A stretch of DNA of 61,976 bases, counting the filler, from Choristocarpus tenellus KU-1152 (taxonomy: Eukaryota; Protista; Phaeophyceae): assembly GCA_964200185.2 (NCBI GenBank). It is 11 parts of 11 records of this genome, joined end to end, with 100 filler letters (N's around TTAATTAATTAA, not from the genome) between each part and the next. Parts side by side here need not be neighbours in the genome. Positions count along the whole stretch, not along the records: positions 44,784 to 51,759 come from CAXNAD020006938.1; positions 51,860 to 54,690 come from CAXNAD020024358.1; positions 54,791 to 58,281 come from CAXNAD020019664.1; positions 58,382 to 61,976 come from CAXNAD020019051.1; 7 more parts are not named here. One strand, 5' to 3'. The translations under genes and the position numbers were made by a program. Of this stretch, positions 49,006-61,570 are shown one piece after another; position 1 is the stretch's first letter, and every line of letters starts with the position of its first letter. The notes under the pieces were generated by a model that was given only the letters and a program-made list of their open reading frames with translations, was not told where the DNA came from and made no database searches.

Positions 49006-51468
49006 GTATTGAGGCAGTCTTCTCTGTACCTGGAAACTGACACAAGAAGGGCGGCAGGAATGGCGTCCAGAGTTAGTGGTAGGAACACTCACATAGCGCA
49101 TATCTCTGTAAGAGTTATTGTTGGAAGGGGTGAAGGAGCTGTCAATAACCGACCCAGATGAACTTGTGGTTCCAAGGAAGAGGGGGAGGGGGGTTGCTTT
49201 TTCTCTCTCAACCCTCTATGGAAATTGCAGTTCTGATAAGTATTTCAGGTGATTCGTCCTTATCTACACGGTATGCAAGGCGATCAAGGAAAATCACAGG
49301 AGGTCAAATGCTTGCTGTTAGTCGTTTGTTAACAGCGTACTGTCCGAATTCTGCACTACAAGAGCGTTTTTTTTTATGCGTGTTGTTGAAGAGTAGTTGG
49401 AATTGCATATGCACTCATGTGATTTGTTGTTTATATCAAATGTCTTGGTTGGCCTTGCTTGTGGTGGACACCCAGTGAAGGATGTAAACGTAGGAGAGTT
49501 TATTGTTGTATTGTGTATTCGTATTGTTTGTCTAATGGCGTCGCACCACAAATGGAAGAATCCAGATTGCATGCATTCGTAAAGGTACGGTAATGCCAGT
49601 ACTACATGGAACCTTTATGAAAGTATCTCATCCACAACAGCAACACACAAAACAAAACGTCTTGGAGTACGCATGTCGGAGAACTTGCCTTCTGCTTGTT
49701 CTAGACCGATACAAGTAGGGTGTACTTGTATCAGGAATCGGTGATGTGATACGTTTATAAGTGTACAAGTCATTCCATGCGTAATATCTTACAATATAGT
49801 ATTTTATATTGGAGCGATTTTGTGGGGCGTTTTTTTTTTACTACTTTTATACTTATGTACTGATCGTGACTTCAAATCATTCGAAGTTTTCTTTGTCTCA
49901 ATGGTGCATGGTCTCTAATGTTCTGTCATAAATTGGTTTGCCTGTCAAACAATGGAACTTCCAATAATTGAGTCGACAGCAAGGAATGATGAAATATCGA
50001 AGGGGGAAAGTATCGTTGTTAGACAAACTAGGTTTCATAGTTGGAGGGACTTGCTAATTAATATGTCTCCACTTGGTTCGAGGGCTGAAAGGTGTTGTAA
50101 GGCTTACTCCTGCTACACAAATCCACTGTTGTTGAGGGTTTTTATCTCTGCCATGGCTCTTGATATTGCTAGGAACAATAGATATGCCACAGAGCACACT
50201 GAAAGACGCTTTCTGTGACCAACAATATTCCAAACAATATGTCGCCACTTAGCGATCCTACCCCTAAAAAATACCAAAACCCTTTCAAACAATCAAATGG
50301 TGAAATACAGATTCAGTATCCAGACCATAAACAATATTATTGGGTCTGGATCACCAATGGCACCCTTCGTGACGTGCTCATGAACAGACACACACCAAAG
50401 GCACAGTAGGTGGTTATTGACATAGAAATACCTTCCCAACACATGCAGCAGTGTGAGACTGCGCACACACACCATATCCCGCATTCTTGTGGACCATTTT
50501 GGCCACTTACATAATGAACTCAAGGTCATTCTTGCTGTGTATCGTACAATAGCATATAATATAAGAAAAAAATTACTGTTCGTCGTGCATTTCCGTCACA
50601 GGCGATATGTCTTGATGGCGGTTTCATAAACACCATTATGACAACGAAGTTCTAGATTTGATATATTTGTACTTGATTATTTATTTATTATTTCGTCATT
50701 ATGGTCCCCGATTGTGATCGAAGTTGTTGATCAGTTCCCTTTTATATTATGACGATATTGACGATAATTCAAGCGAGAGATTCAGCATACTTGACGACTT
50801 GTGCATCAGGAGTCCTATACGTGCATCAGTATCATCTATAGGCCCGTAGATTGGAGCTAGACATCCTGTGGAGGTGAGCTTTCGGGGGCGCCTGTAACAT
50901 GGAGGTCCTACCGAGACTCTTCAAACTGGAAAGACTACTCTGTCTTCACCTCAACACTTAGGACTCTTTGTAGCTTCCCACGCCCGCCTGTTGTTTTCTT
51001 GTTCCACCTAAGTTTGTGGTCTTCATTTGTCGTCTATGGGATTCCCTCCTTGGGCTCGTCGTCTTCATGGGTCTGAGGGCTTCTGTGGCTCCAAGGGAAT
51101 CGCCCTTCTCTGGCCGTAAAACGAGTGGCTTCTGATCGCCACATCACTCGCCTATAATAATAAAATGAGTGGCTTCTGACCGCCATGGTATAGGCGTTGC
51201 CTAGGTAGTTCTTCCTCACCATTTGTATACTCACATTTCCGATCTGTTTTTCGTTTATCACACTGTTCTTTTATTCCACAGGTTCCGCTGGAAATCATTG
51301 AGTCGGAGAGGTTCCAGCTCAGGGCCAGACTTTGCGAGAACTCCTGTAACAGTCGTGATGGCTCAACACGTTTATGCATCGCATCCATGCATCAATAACT
51401 CAACCTCTTTCCACAGTTTCAAAAGAAACGAGGAGATATGTTGACCATTGTTGGAATCCACAGGTTTC

Positions 51469-51727
51469 GTTGGAACTGGAGTCCCTATCTTAGAAACAAC
51501 TGGAAGAATGGGAACAGTGTCGGAACTGGAGTCCCTAGGTTGTAAAGGAACTGGCAGAGTGGGAATGGAGTCGGAATTGGAGTCCCTAGGTTGTAAAGAA
51601 ACTGGCAGAGTGGGAATGGAGTCGGAACTGGAGTCCCTAGGTTGTAAAGAAACTGGCAGAGTGGGAATGGAGTCGGAACTGGAGTCCCTAGGTTGCAAAA
51701 AAACTGGCAGAGTCGGAACTGGAGCCC
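51469..51727. repeat. 51-bp tandem repeat (about 4.5 copies), possibly coding
   Basis: Unit GGAACTGGAGTCCCTAGGTTGTAAAGAAACTGGCAGAGTGGGAATGGAGTC; open in several frames. Confidence 0.92.
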
Positions 51728-52655
51728 CTTTGTCGCCATATGGCAATTAATACATGCTGNNNNNNNNNNNNNNNNNNNNNNNNNNNNNNNNNNNNNNNNN
51801 NNNTTAATTAATTAANNNNNNNNNNNNNNNNNNNNNNNNNNNNNNNNNNNNNNNNNNNNGTGAAAAACGGACGCCGACACTCCCCCCCAGATACTTTGAT
51901 CCTTTACTCGTAGAGTACTTGAGAGATAGAGCATGACTGCATCATGGAAGTAATCTTGTGGGGAGGTAGAAATACCCTTGTTGTGCAGTCCTTGCCTGGT
52001 CTGAAGGCCTTTCACGAGTTGTTGATCTTCGATGTGTATCATTTTCGCGATTACAAACTTTGGTGGATGTCTTAAGTCTGACTGCGACAATAGCATGTGC
52101 GAGTGGAATATTAAGGTATGAAATGCAGGGAGAGAGTTTGCATTAAACTCGAGGATATGGCGAATACGATAGGATGGAATTTGAACATTGTTCTAGGCCT
52201 TCTCTTTGTTGCAATTTGTGCTTTACGAAACAATCATTCGTTAGAAAAGTCCTCAAGGGTAAATTTTGTAGTGGGCTTGCATACCCACCGCTAACAAATA
52301 AGTGACCTTCATGGCATTGCTGTCCTGAACGATAACACGAGTTCTTGAGATTTCGATGAATGGGGTAATAGTCTGCGGAAGTACGCAATAGTCGCTCAGT
52401 GGTAGACACTTGTCGTGCTTTGATCACTCTCATAGTAATAGGTAAGATTCCCCTCACCTACACTTTACTCTGTATATTATGAAGTACTACCTTACAGGTA
52501 TCAGTTGTTTTCCTCATGACCACACTGTTGTATACTGTTGGAATGTGCCAGCAGCTGTCACTGTACTTAAAATAACGTTGACGAAGCATCATGGTCAATC
52601 CCTTGCAACAACAGACAGCATCAGAGGACGCAGGGCGAGGAAGGGTGGATTAGTA

Positions 52656-54530
52656 ATGAAATTTTGCCTAGATCTTGTCTTCTTGGTGGTCACGGCATCC
52701 GTGCTTGGTGCATCGAAGCAAGTAAATGGAATACCTTCTGCAGGATTCGTCATTATCGACATAAGTTCCAGTATCGAGAAGAGTGGGCAAGGCACAGGTA
52801 CGTGAAAAAGCAAGAAATGTTTGGAAACAATTGTTGTCTTTGAACGTGGTAGTGGACGACTCATTCTGATACCTTGCCCTACTGTGTCGATAGGTGGCTT
52901 AGTGTGGAAGATAATGTGGTGGGAAAGTATGAGCTCGGTATCTTTTTCTTAGTTTCGTAGTTGCTCAGACGGTGCTGTAGATAATACTGCAATGGTCTCT
53001 ATAGTTTCGTATAAACCAGACATGATCATCAACCTTACAGTTCACGCAATGATGAAGGCTTGAGAGAAAGCTGTAAAGACCATCACAACTCGTCCCATTA
53101 AAACTTGGAAAGTATACATCTATTAAACAATGAACGTGGGGGTGCCTGTTCTTGTTTGATTCCTAATCAGTTCAACCGCACCTCCTTTTTTTTGCTTCAC
53201 TCTTAACGTATTTGGAACTGGAAGTGACAAGCATCGGACATGGGAAGTTGAACTGTGACACTCTTGGTGTAGCAGAAAATGTCGAGCAGCTCAGTTTTGC
53301 TATCAGTAGCACAGAGGTAAGTCAATGCAGAGCATCTCCAGCCAACACTGTTATTTCCTTTTGGATATGAGACTAAATCGTTTTCTTTGTTACATTACAT
53401 TACCCACCTTGCTTGTCATTGTAAATGATGATGGATCATTGCACCATACTGGAGGGTTCTGCCGTACCAACTTCCCTTTTCATCGCGGCGGGAAAGTGGT
53501 GTAAATTGCGTCAAACACGGTTTCTCAATTTTCATGTCTCAGATATTCAAAGTAGTCAAACTGTACCCTGATGTGAAATAGAACATATTTGAAGTACAAC
53601 AGTAGTTGCATAGTGCATGAGTTTAGTCAGAGTTGTAACACTAGCAACAGTCTCTTCCTTCCCATTCCTGAATTCCTTTTGCAATCACCACAGACTGTGC
53701 TAGCATCATTAGCATCCTTCACTGTTAAGAGGGGGAATGTATTCTCAAATGGTAAAGCCCGAAAGGTGAGAGATTGAACAAGGATTTCTACCATGAACTA
53801 GAAGGGTTGAGATGTGGAAAAAGTTTTAGGGACTTAGCTGTTCTATGTCAAGTATATCCTATGCTTAATGGTAGATATATCTTCACAACATGTTTGGTAT
53901 GTTTTCAACATTGGGAATCAAGAGAATGTCTTGGTGAGAATAACATTTACAGAATAATGAGCAATATTCAGTTTACCTGAATTTGCGACCAATGTTTCTG
54001 TTAACCAACTAAAATTTAACATGGAGGGCCTTTCCACATACCAAATACCAGATATGGATAGGCAATGTTGTGGATACAACAGGTAAAGGCACTGCTCCAC
54101 CTGCAACTATTTCCATGACCTGGACTGATGACTGCAACGTGGAGGTAGAGTGACAAGATAATTTTTAATTCCTCACTTGTTGTCTTCTGTACTATATTCA
54201 GATGTAAGGTGTGACTACCTAGACATGTTAATAAAGGAAGAGAGAAGATAAAGAGTAGGATATATTATTTCTCCAGGAGGGTGAGGGAAACTTCACCTCA
54301 CCTAGTCGGTTATGCAGCAGATCGAGGGTTCCAAATTAGTTTTGGTATCCTCACCCTGGCACACCCGTGCGCCTGCCTACATCTGCCATTTTTTCTTTTG
54401 TCTCTGTTCCTTCTGACGGTTTGTAGACTTTCCTTCTCAAAATGGTCACATTTCATGCGGATGGGTCAACTACAGTTATCAAGTCCAAGCCCTGTCCAGC
54501 TGGAACTGAAAAAGACCTCTGCATTGTGAA
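52656..54530 (+). CDS. Possible multi-exon secreted protein of unknown function (gene model uncertain, may be a pseudogene)
   Basis: ATG at 52656 gives the signal-peptide-like MKFCLDLVFLVVTASVLGA with a donor after 52797. Further exon-like blocks end in donors near 53317, 54082 and 54530. Not all phases reconcile. Confidence 0.35.
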
Positions 54531-54790
54531 GGTGAAGAAAATAATCGTGTTTTATGTTGATGAAAATATCAGCACAATTTGTAGCATGGCGTGTTTTCTT
54601 ACTGAATTCATATCCACACCTGACCACAAGCACTTGCGTCAAAGTATCTGGGGGGGGGTGCCGGCGTCCGTTTTTCACCCTTTTTTCGATNNNNNNNNNN
54701 NNNNNNNNNNNNNNNNNNNNNNNNNNNNNNNNNNTTAATTAATTAANNNNNNNNNNNNNNNNNNNNNNNNNNNNNNNNNNNNNNNNNNNN

Positions 54791-54888
54791 CCTAATAAGC
54801 ATGATACCCCAAATTACATCAAAATCGCAACATTGGGTTTTTGCCCCCAAATGGACAGCCGCCACCCTCCCCACAGGTACTTTGAGCC
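54791..54888 (+). mobile_element. MITE family A/B-type right end at contig start
   Basis: AAATTACATCAAAATCGCAACATTGG ... CAGGTACTTTGAGCC. Confidence 0.75.
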
Positions 54889-56080
54889 TGCACTTCATGT
54901 TTCAGTTTTGCACAGTGAGCTAAGCTAGACTTCGATTGCCTGTCAAATATCCGATTCCAGGTATCTCCACCTAGTGACCAACATGCTCCCTCTTTCCATA
55001 TGTCTCCTCATTGTCAAGTCACACAATTTGAGTGTGCTACTATAGTTGGTTCACCAGAGGCTCTGCCATGTATGTAGATTCCCCAATCTGACTATTTACA
55101 CACATCAAAATGTTAAGGGCTTTTCATTAGTCGAGGCAGTCAGCATGACCATATTCTGGGCCATGGTCTCAGGCCAGTCTGTGATCCAGACATTTCCAAT
55201 GAGTTGATGGCCATGGTAGAATATATTGGTACCCAGCAACCCAGTCATGTCAAAATATATATTGGTACCGGGTCAGTACATAGTCCCGGCATGGTGAAAA
55301 AGTCAATGGACATGAAAAAAAAAGATTTTCACTCAACCGACCCAGCCAAATTATGTCCCAAATTATCTCAAAAATACATGGGAATAAACTTGTGTTAAGG
55401 TGTCCCTTATGCCAACTTCTTCCCATTGTTGTAGTACAATTAGTTGGGATAGTGCAGGTCACCTTTGTACCATCAGCCGTTTAACGTGGTCACAGACCAA
55501 CCCATGGCCCAGTCTGGATACAATTTCTGATACCTAGGGTCCAACTACGTAAGGAAGTCTTTGAAACTGTCCAATCTGCAGACCAGAGAGACCCCAGTAC
55601 TTGGTGGACATGGTCCAGATATATCAGAAATAATTGGAACCTGTCCAAACTGTGGACCAGAGAGATTCCAATACTTGGTGGACCTGGTCTGGACATGTAA
55701 AAAAATATTGGAACTGATTGGCGTATGGACTAGTCACTTTACACTTTCCTGACCTGGTGAAAATACATAAGAATATTCTGTGTATTTCTGGATTTGATCA
55801 ATCAGGCTCAATTCGGCATAGACCAAACCCTGTCCAGGAAGCATAGAAGGAACAAAAGCAATGCAATGCTTTAAAGAGTGTTTCAACGCAGATCAAATTC
55901 CTCACAATTTCCAGATTGTTGACACCATTTCAAACATACGTATGTATGTATGGAGTGTATATCATGCAAGCAGTAGTGATACAAAATCTCCGAGACTAAG
56001 AAAAAGTATTTCCTGATTAAGCAGGGACTATATATCTAAAGATGCTCCGACACTTGTCATTACACTACTGTTCGGCAAAA

Positions 56081-56343
56081 GAGCCGAAGCAAACGAGAGG
56101 TACCCAGGTTTAGGCCGATTTGCATTTTAAGTCTGTTTTGCAATCTTTTGCAATTCACCCATATTTCTATGGGTGAAGTCCTAAAGTTTCATCTTAGAGC
56201 GTTTATTTCTTTATTGTTTGAGAAATTTCTGACACAATTAACAAAATATCCTACACACATTTGCAAAAAAAAAGCCAAAATTTGCAGATATTTGTCAGCG
56301 CCCTTATAATGAACCTCTGGGCATCTCTCGTTTGCTTTGACCC
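56081..56343 (+). mobile_element. MITE family C, copy 1
   Basis: TIRs GAGCCGAAGCAAACGAGAGGTACCCAG ... CTGGGCATCTCTCGTTTGCTTTGACCC. Confidence 0.8.
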
Positions 56344-56612
56344 TCACATCTATTGGTATTTTGTCACTATCACTGTGTGGGATGTAAACAGGGTTCCAGC
56401 ATGCCCCAGGGCACCATTCTTCCCAGGAAAATGGGAAACTGCCACTGACCATTGTTGAACCCACTAAACGGGGAAGTCAGGGGGTCAGTGTGGTGGTATG
56501 GTATATAGTGCCGATGATATCATTTTAGTCCAAACATATTGTTCACAGCTTCTTTCAGAGTCATGCTGTAAAGTAGACTGAACTGAAACCCTACTTGCAT
56601 CTAACCTTGGTC

Positions 56613-56877
56613 AGACCTAAAGTAAACGAGAGGTATCAAGGTTTTGACGGTGTTGCCTTTTAAGTCAGTTTTTTCCACTTTTTCCCATTCACCCACATTT
56701 CTATGGATCAAGTGCAAAGTTTACCCTTAGAGCGCTGATTTCTGCATTGTTTGAAAATCTTCTGCACAACTCAGAAACGTTCCAATATGTGTTTGTACAA
56801 AAAAAGAGACAGATTTTGCACATATTTTCCAGCATCCATAAAAAGCATTTTTGGGTACCCCTCGTTTTCTTAGGCTC
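56613..56877 (+). mobile_element. MITE family C, copy 2 (diverged)
   Basis: AAAGTAAACGAGAGGTATC ... GGTACCCCTCGTTTTCTTAGGCTC; interior colinear with 56081-56343. Confidence 0.75.
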
Positions 56878-58382
56878 TCACACCGTTGTCTATAAATTTA
56901 TTGCAGTATTGAGCATTCAAAATCAAATGATCAGTCCAGTTTCTTCCTAGAGTTTGTTCATGCAAATCTCAAAGGGCAAGAGATGAGGGGTACTGTAGGA
57001 GATAATTCCAAAGTACCTGTGCACCGGATTCTTCAAGTGTCAAAGGCTCTTAGTAAGAAGTGTTCCAAATTGTTTAGACCCAAGCAACAAACCTAGCATA
57101 ATTGCTCATTTGATTTGTGCAAGATGGGTGAGTGCCCCAGAGTGTCCTCCAACACACTCCATTGTGCCAAACCTTTCTGCAAGTCGTAACTTCAAGCAAA
57201 CATCTAAGTTTTCTTACATACGCACTTAGTGCTGCACCTTACACATTGTGGTCTCCACTGAGTTCTTTGTAGCCTATAAGAAGTCTCCCCAACACATCAG
57301 TTGCACAATATCGCTGTCATGAGCATGATTTCTCATGAGGAAACATCCAACCCCTATCACTCTCAATGACATTGCTTTTGTTGTATCTGGAGGTATTAAC
57401 ACCACACCACACAGAAAAATGGAACTTTACAAATCACCTTTGCCTCACCAACTCCTGCAGAATTGGTCTACCTCACCTGCTCTCCTTCCCCCTTCCCAGT
57501 TTGCCGAACAATGTATCCTGTGATTCCCGAGCCACCATCCTCCCCGGCAAGCCAAGTAACTTGGAGAGATGTGAGCAATGCCTCCTTAATTAGCGGAGGC
57601 GGGCATTGTCCAGGCGCCACTGCCGGGGTCCTTGTGGAATAGGACGGAGGGGAGAAGGCCCCCTTGATGAAGGAACGTCAGGAATACAAAAAGGTGAGAG
57701 GAAGATCGGGTACTCTGGAATTATAGGGCAGACAGGGTGCTGCTGGGCCCAATGACTAGAGATAGACTCACAACCGACTGCTACAACACATCCAGCTGAT
57801 GTTCTTCTCGCTGCTGATACGGACAACACGGTTTAAGAGTCTTCTCCAGCACATATAGCTAGAACCACTGTGCCATACACGGCACTCCTTCCTTCATAAC
57901 ATCAGCGACTAACCAACTCGTAGTGTTGCAAACAAATATAGCAATCCAATCACTACAATTCAATTATGCCGTGAATAATAAAAAAACAGAAGATTGAGGG
58001 GGTGATTTTCATTTGTCTACATCTCATGCGAACACTAGCTGCACACACTTCCCCTTGGAGGCTCGGCAATTTGGATGCCTCCATTTGTGTAGTGGGTGTA
58101 AATTTTGACTGTATTCGAGCGCACTGATATCTCCTAGCGGATTTTTCGTATCATACTCGTAAACATTCTTCATTCACACAAGCTCTAACCTCTTGTCTGT
58201 TGAAGAGAGAGCAAGCAGGGGTACTTAACATCTATCACTTTTCCTATTCTACTAGTGAAGCCCCTGTACCACCACGTCCACNNNNNNNNNNNNNNNNNNN
58301 NNNNNNNNNNNNNNNNNNNNNNNNNTTAATTAATTAANNNNNNNNNNNNNNNNNNNNNNNNNNNNNNNNNNNNNNNNNNNNT

Positions 58383-58737
58383 AGCAAAGAGGCCAAGAAG
58401 CCGAAGCATGATGTTCAGGAGAATACAGCGAAAACGATGAGAAACATGCAAAAGACATTTCTAATATCCAATTATAGCCAATGATAGGACATGTTGGTTG
58501 TGGAGGAGGTCAAAACAGTCAGGCAAGGTGGTGTACTAGTTGACAAAATATTATTAACTAGTAGATAGTCGTGGGGGACATCAACGAAGACCTCCATTTG
58601 AAATCTTTAACCTTCCCCACAACCAACATGTCCTATCATTGGCTATAATTGGATATTAGAAATGTCTTTTGCATGTTTCTCATCGTTTTCGCTGTATTCT
58701 CCTGAACATCATGCTTCGGCTTCTTGGCCTCTTTGCT
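58383..58737. repeat. 121-bp inverted repeat (58383-58503 / 58617-58737) with a 113-bp spacer
   Basis: The arms read as exact reverse complements. Confidence 0.92.
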
Positions 58738-58739
58738 GG

Positions 58740-60082
58740 CCCGCTTCATATCAAGCTTGATATTGATCTTACTGTCGAGGCACGACTGCCGCAAGCCATA
58801 CCATATTACAGATGCCTCCTCTCTTGCTGTAGAGACATCCTGCCTTGCAACCTGTACATCACCGTTGCATCTGTGTGTTGTTTTGGGCAGGAGGAATCTC
58901 TTGCTTCATTTTGGATACCTCTCTCATAACCATATTGGCTATCTCGCTGGTCATCATTTCCTCCTTTGTGACAGCCATCCTGTCACAATGACATGACATG
59001 AGAAGGTACTGGTGCCTCATGCTCAAACTCGATGCTCCCAATAATGAGGATTCATGCACCCTCCCTGACCTGCTGCCTAGTGACTCTCCAGCTCCCTTAT
59101 GCCTCAGCACGGTTTCTTCCGAGATTCTTAGTTCGATCATCAGCCAAGGCAGCATTCTCCTCATGCACCTTGAGCACGTGTAGGAGAGCATCCACTTATA
59201 CCTTGAGCTCTTTTGCTGGGTCCAAATTCAAGTCAGATTCTCCTTGGAACGTCCCTGACTCTTGCACCAAAATAGCTGTATGTTGTTTCGAGCCGTGCAA
59301 CTTCTTCTGAGTCTCAACGACTTCGTCTCTAGTCTAGCTGATATAGTCATGATATTCCACTAGACTGACCTCAAGTTTGTCAATATACTGCCCAACCTTT
59401 ACAACATCAGGCCAACATTGGCTCATAATCTCGCATTGGAGTCCAATTTTTTAATCCAAATACGTGGATTTGTTGTTGGCCTCACTTGTAGCTTGCCATC
59501 CTGCAAATGTTTTCCCAATGGCATCGCCAATATTCTCCCCCCTCTTCTACTTGAAACTTCGACCTTCTTGTCGAGGATCTCAACCACTCTAGTTGTGTTA
59601 GAAGCATGTTTCTGGGCAACATGAGCCACATTCCAAGTTGTAGCACTCTCTGCCAAGACCCCAGCCGTTCTACTTCTACAGTGTATAACCACACTCTTAG
59701 CCGTAGCCGGCTCCATCCACCAACCTTCCAGCTCCTTCCTTGTTGCGGATGCTTCGTTGTCCCCGTTGCGCATATCAGCCCTCCAGACTCTTGTCATTCT
59801 CATCGATATTCTCATCTCCTCTGCAAATAGAGTGGATGACTCTGCCCCTCTTGTACTCCGGGTACTCATGGCGTCCACCTCATCCACCTGCTTCACAATT
59901 CCGTCCATGTCATCCATCCTATCTTGGAGGACTGTACAATTTTGTCTACCTGTTACCCCTGAGATATTATGGGCAGCAATCCGTGTGAAATCGTATCGAG
60001 GAGAGAAAGGGGACAGGAGACAGCGGTGCACGTATGGGAGACTTGAGTTCTCTAGAATAGATGAGAAGACATGGAGCAACAA
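58740..60082 (-). mobile_element. Possible decayed gag-like/coiled-coil ORF of a retroelement
   Basis: A 219-aa intronless ORF followed by further broken frames (KVGQYIDKLE..EYHDYI). No decisive motif. Confidence 0.25.
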
Positions 60083-61084
60083 GGGGGTGTGACGGTACCC
60101 TGCAACTCACTAAGTGGGCAGAAAGGTAATAGTTGAATAGTTGAATAGTTGAATAAGTACAGCTAAACTGGACGGTTGAGAAGAGAAGTGGTTGCTAGCG
60201 CAGCATCTTGAACAACCCTGTAGAAGCATGTACTTCGGTGTATTCTGGAAGTGATAGAACATGGGAATGGACCTTCCTTCCTTCCTTGGTCATCTTCACA
60301 AACAACAACTTAGGTGTGACTCACGGTAATAGTATACTCTTTCTCGGCATGGAAATGATGTTGGCTGCGATCCAGGAGGTAGGCAATGTAATGTCTGTGG
60401 CTCTACCCGAAGTAGGGTCTCCAGGGCTGGAAGTAGTTGATCTGGTGGCAAAGGCTTATATTTCTAACCTTCTAATCTGAAAGATGGCAGTGTTATTAAC
60501 AAGTTGAAACCGTTGTCTTGGGTGGTCTGGCATTGGTTGGTTGGACTTTGCATCATTTATCTGGTGTGGTGGGACGTGTGGTGGCGATAGCAGAACATGA
60601 CCAAATGTAACGATATATATACGCATATAAATTATACATATCTTAGATATGCATATTTTCCCTATAGTTGTATGTTTGTGGAGTTTACGTTTCAAGTGAT
60701 GGATCTTCACCGAGGTCAAGGACTTCAGGTGTCGGTTTGATGGGCGAGATGCATGAGGTTGACGGGCAGGCAAAGGTAGATTTTTAGAGGCATTCTTTGG
60801 TATTCGTACTCTTCAATGTATGTAAAACCCTTGTGGTTGAGCATATCTTCCGTTAATGTGTTGTGCAGGCAATATACTACTACTTCCTCCGTTCAGAATT
60901 AAACGTAACAAAAGGTTTGCAACACCAATGGGGAAGCAAGACTTGTTTCACATGTTGGTATTGTATGGGTGTATTGTGCAGACACAAAAAGGTTGCCCAC
61001 CAAAATCTGAAGCAAGATTCGAGAGCCTACACTTATGATTCCTTCCCTGAAGCCCTCCAAAACTCCACTCCAGCGCGGTATTTC

Positions 61085-61570
61085 GTCGTATACAGAGGGG
61101 TATTCGGGGGGGGCTTGCATTCTTTGTCAGCCTTTTCCTTGCTAAGATGGGAAATATTGAAGACGTTGTAAACCTTGGACCCAAGCACTTCACTGTAGAC
61201 TGCGAAGAGGCTTTGCCAGATGAGCTCTAGTTTGTCTTGGGGTACACATCAAATGCCTCCATCTTGGCCTCCACCAGCTCCTCTATATCGGTAACCCCCA
61301 CGTCTTCCTTCAGTTGCTGGATAGAACGAAAGAATCTTAGGAAGTTGACGTTGAGGTCAGGTGGACTGGCTGACTGAGTCTTTAGTACAATGTCGTCCCC
61401 TACCTCCTCCTTGATTGATTCCATTATCCCCCCTTTGGTGTGTGGCTATGTGCCATCCTGCTGCACCAAGATGGTGTGTCCATCTGACCTAGGCATGTGG
61501 GCCTTGATTGCCAGGATGATATTCTCGATCACGAGCTTCTTCAATCTCTTCTTGTCCACCCTGGCTCGCA
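61085..61570 (-). mobile_element. Tc1/mariner (plant-mariner DD39D-like) transposase pseudogene, C-terminal half
   Basis: IILAIKAHMP..TILVQQDGT*PH..TQSASPPDLNVNFLRFFRSIQQL..DIEELVEAKMEAFDVYP..WQSLFAVYSEVL matches QQDNAxPH..QPPNSPDLNVxDLGFFxSIQ; contains a stop and a frameshift. Confidence 0.85.
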
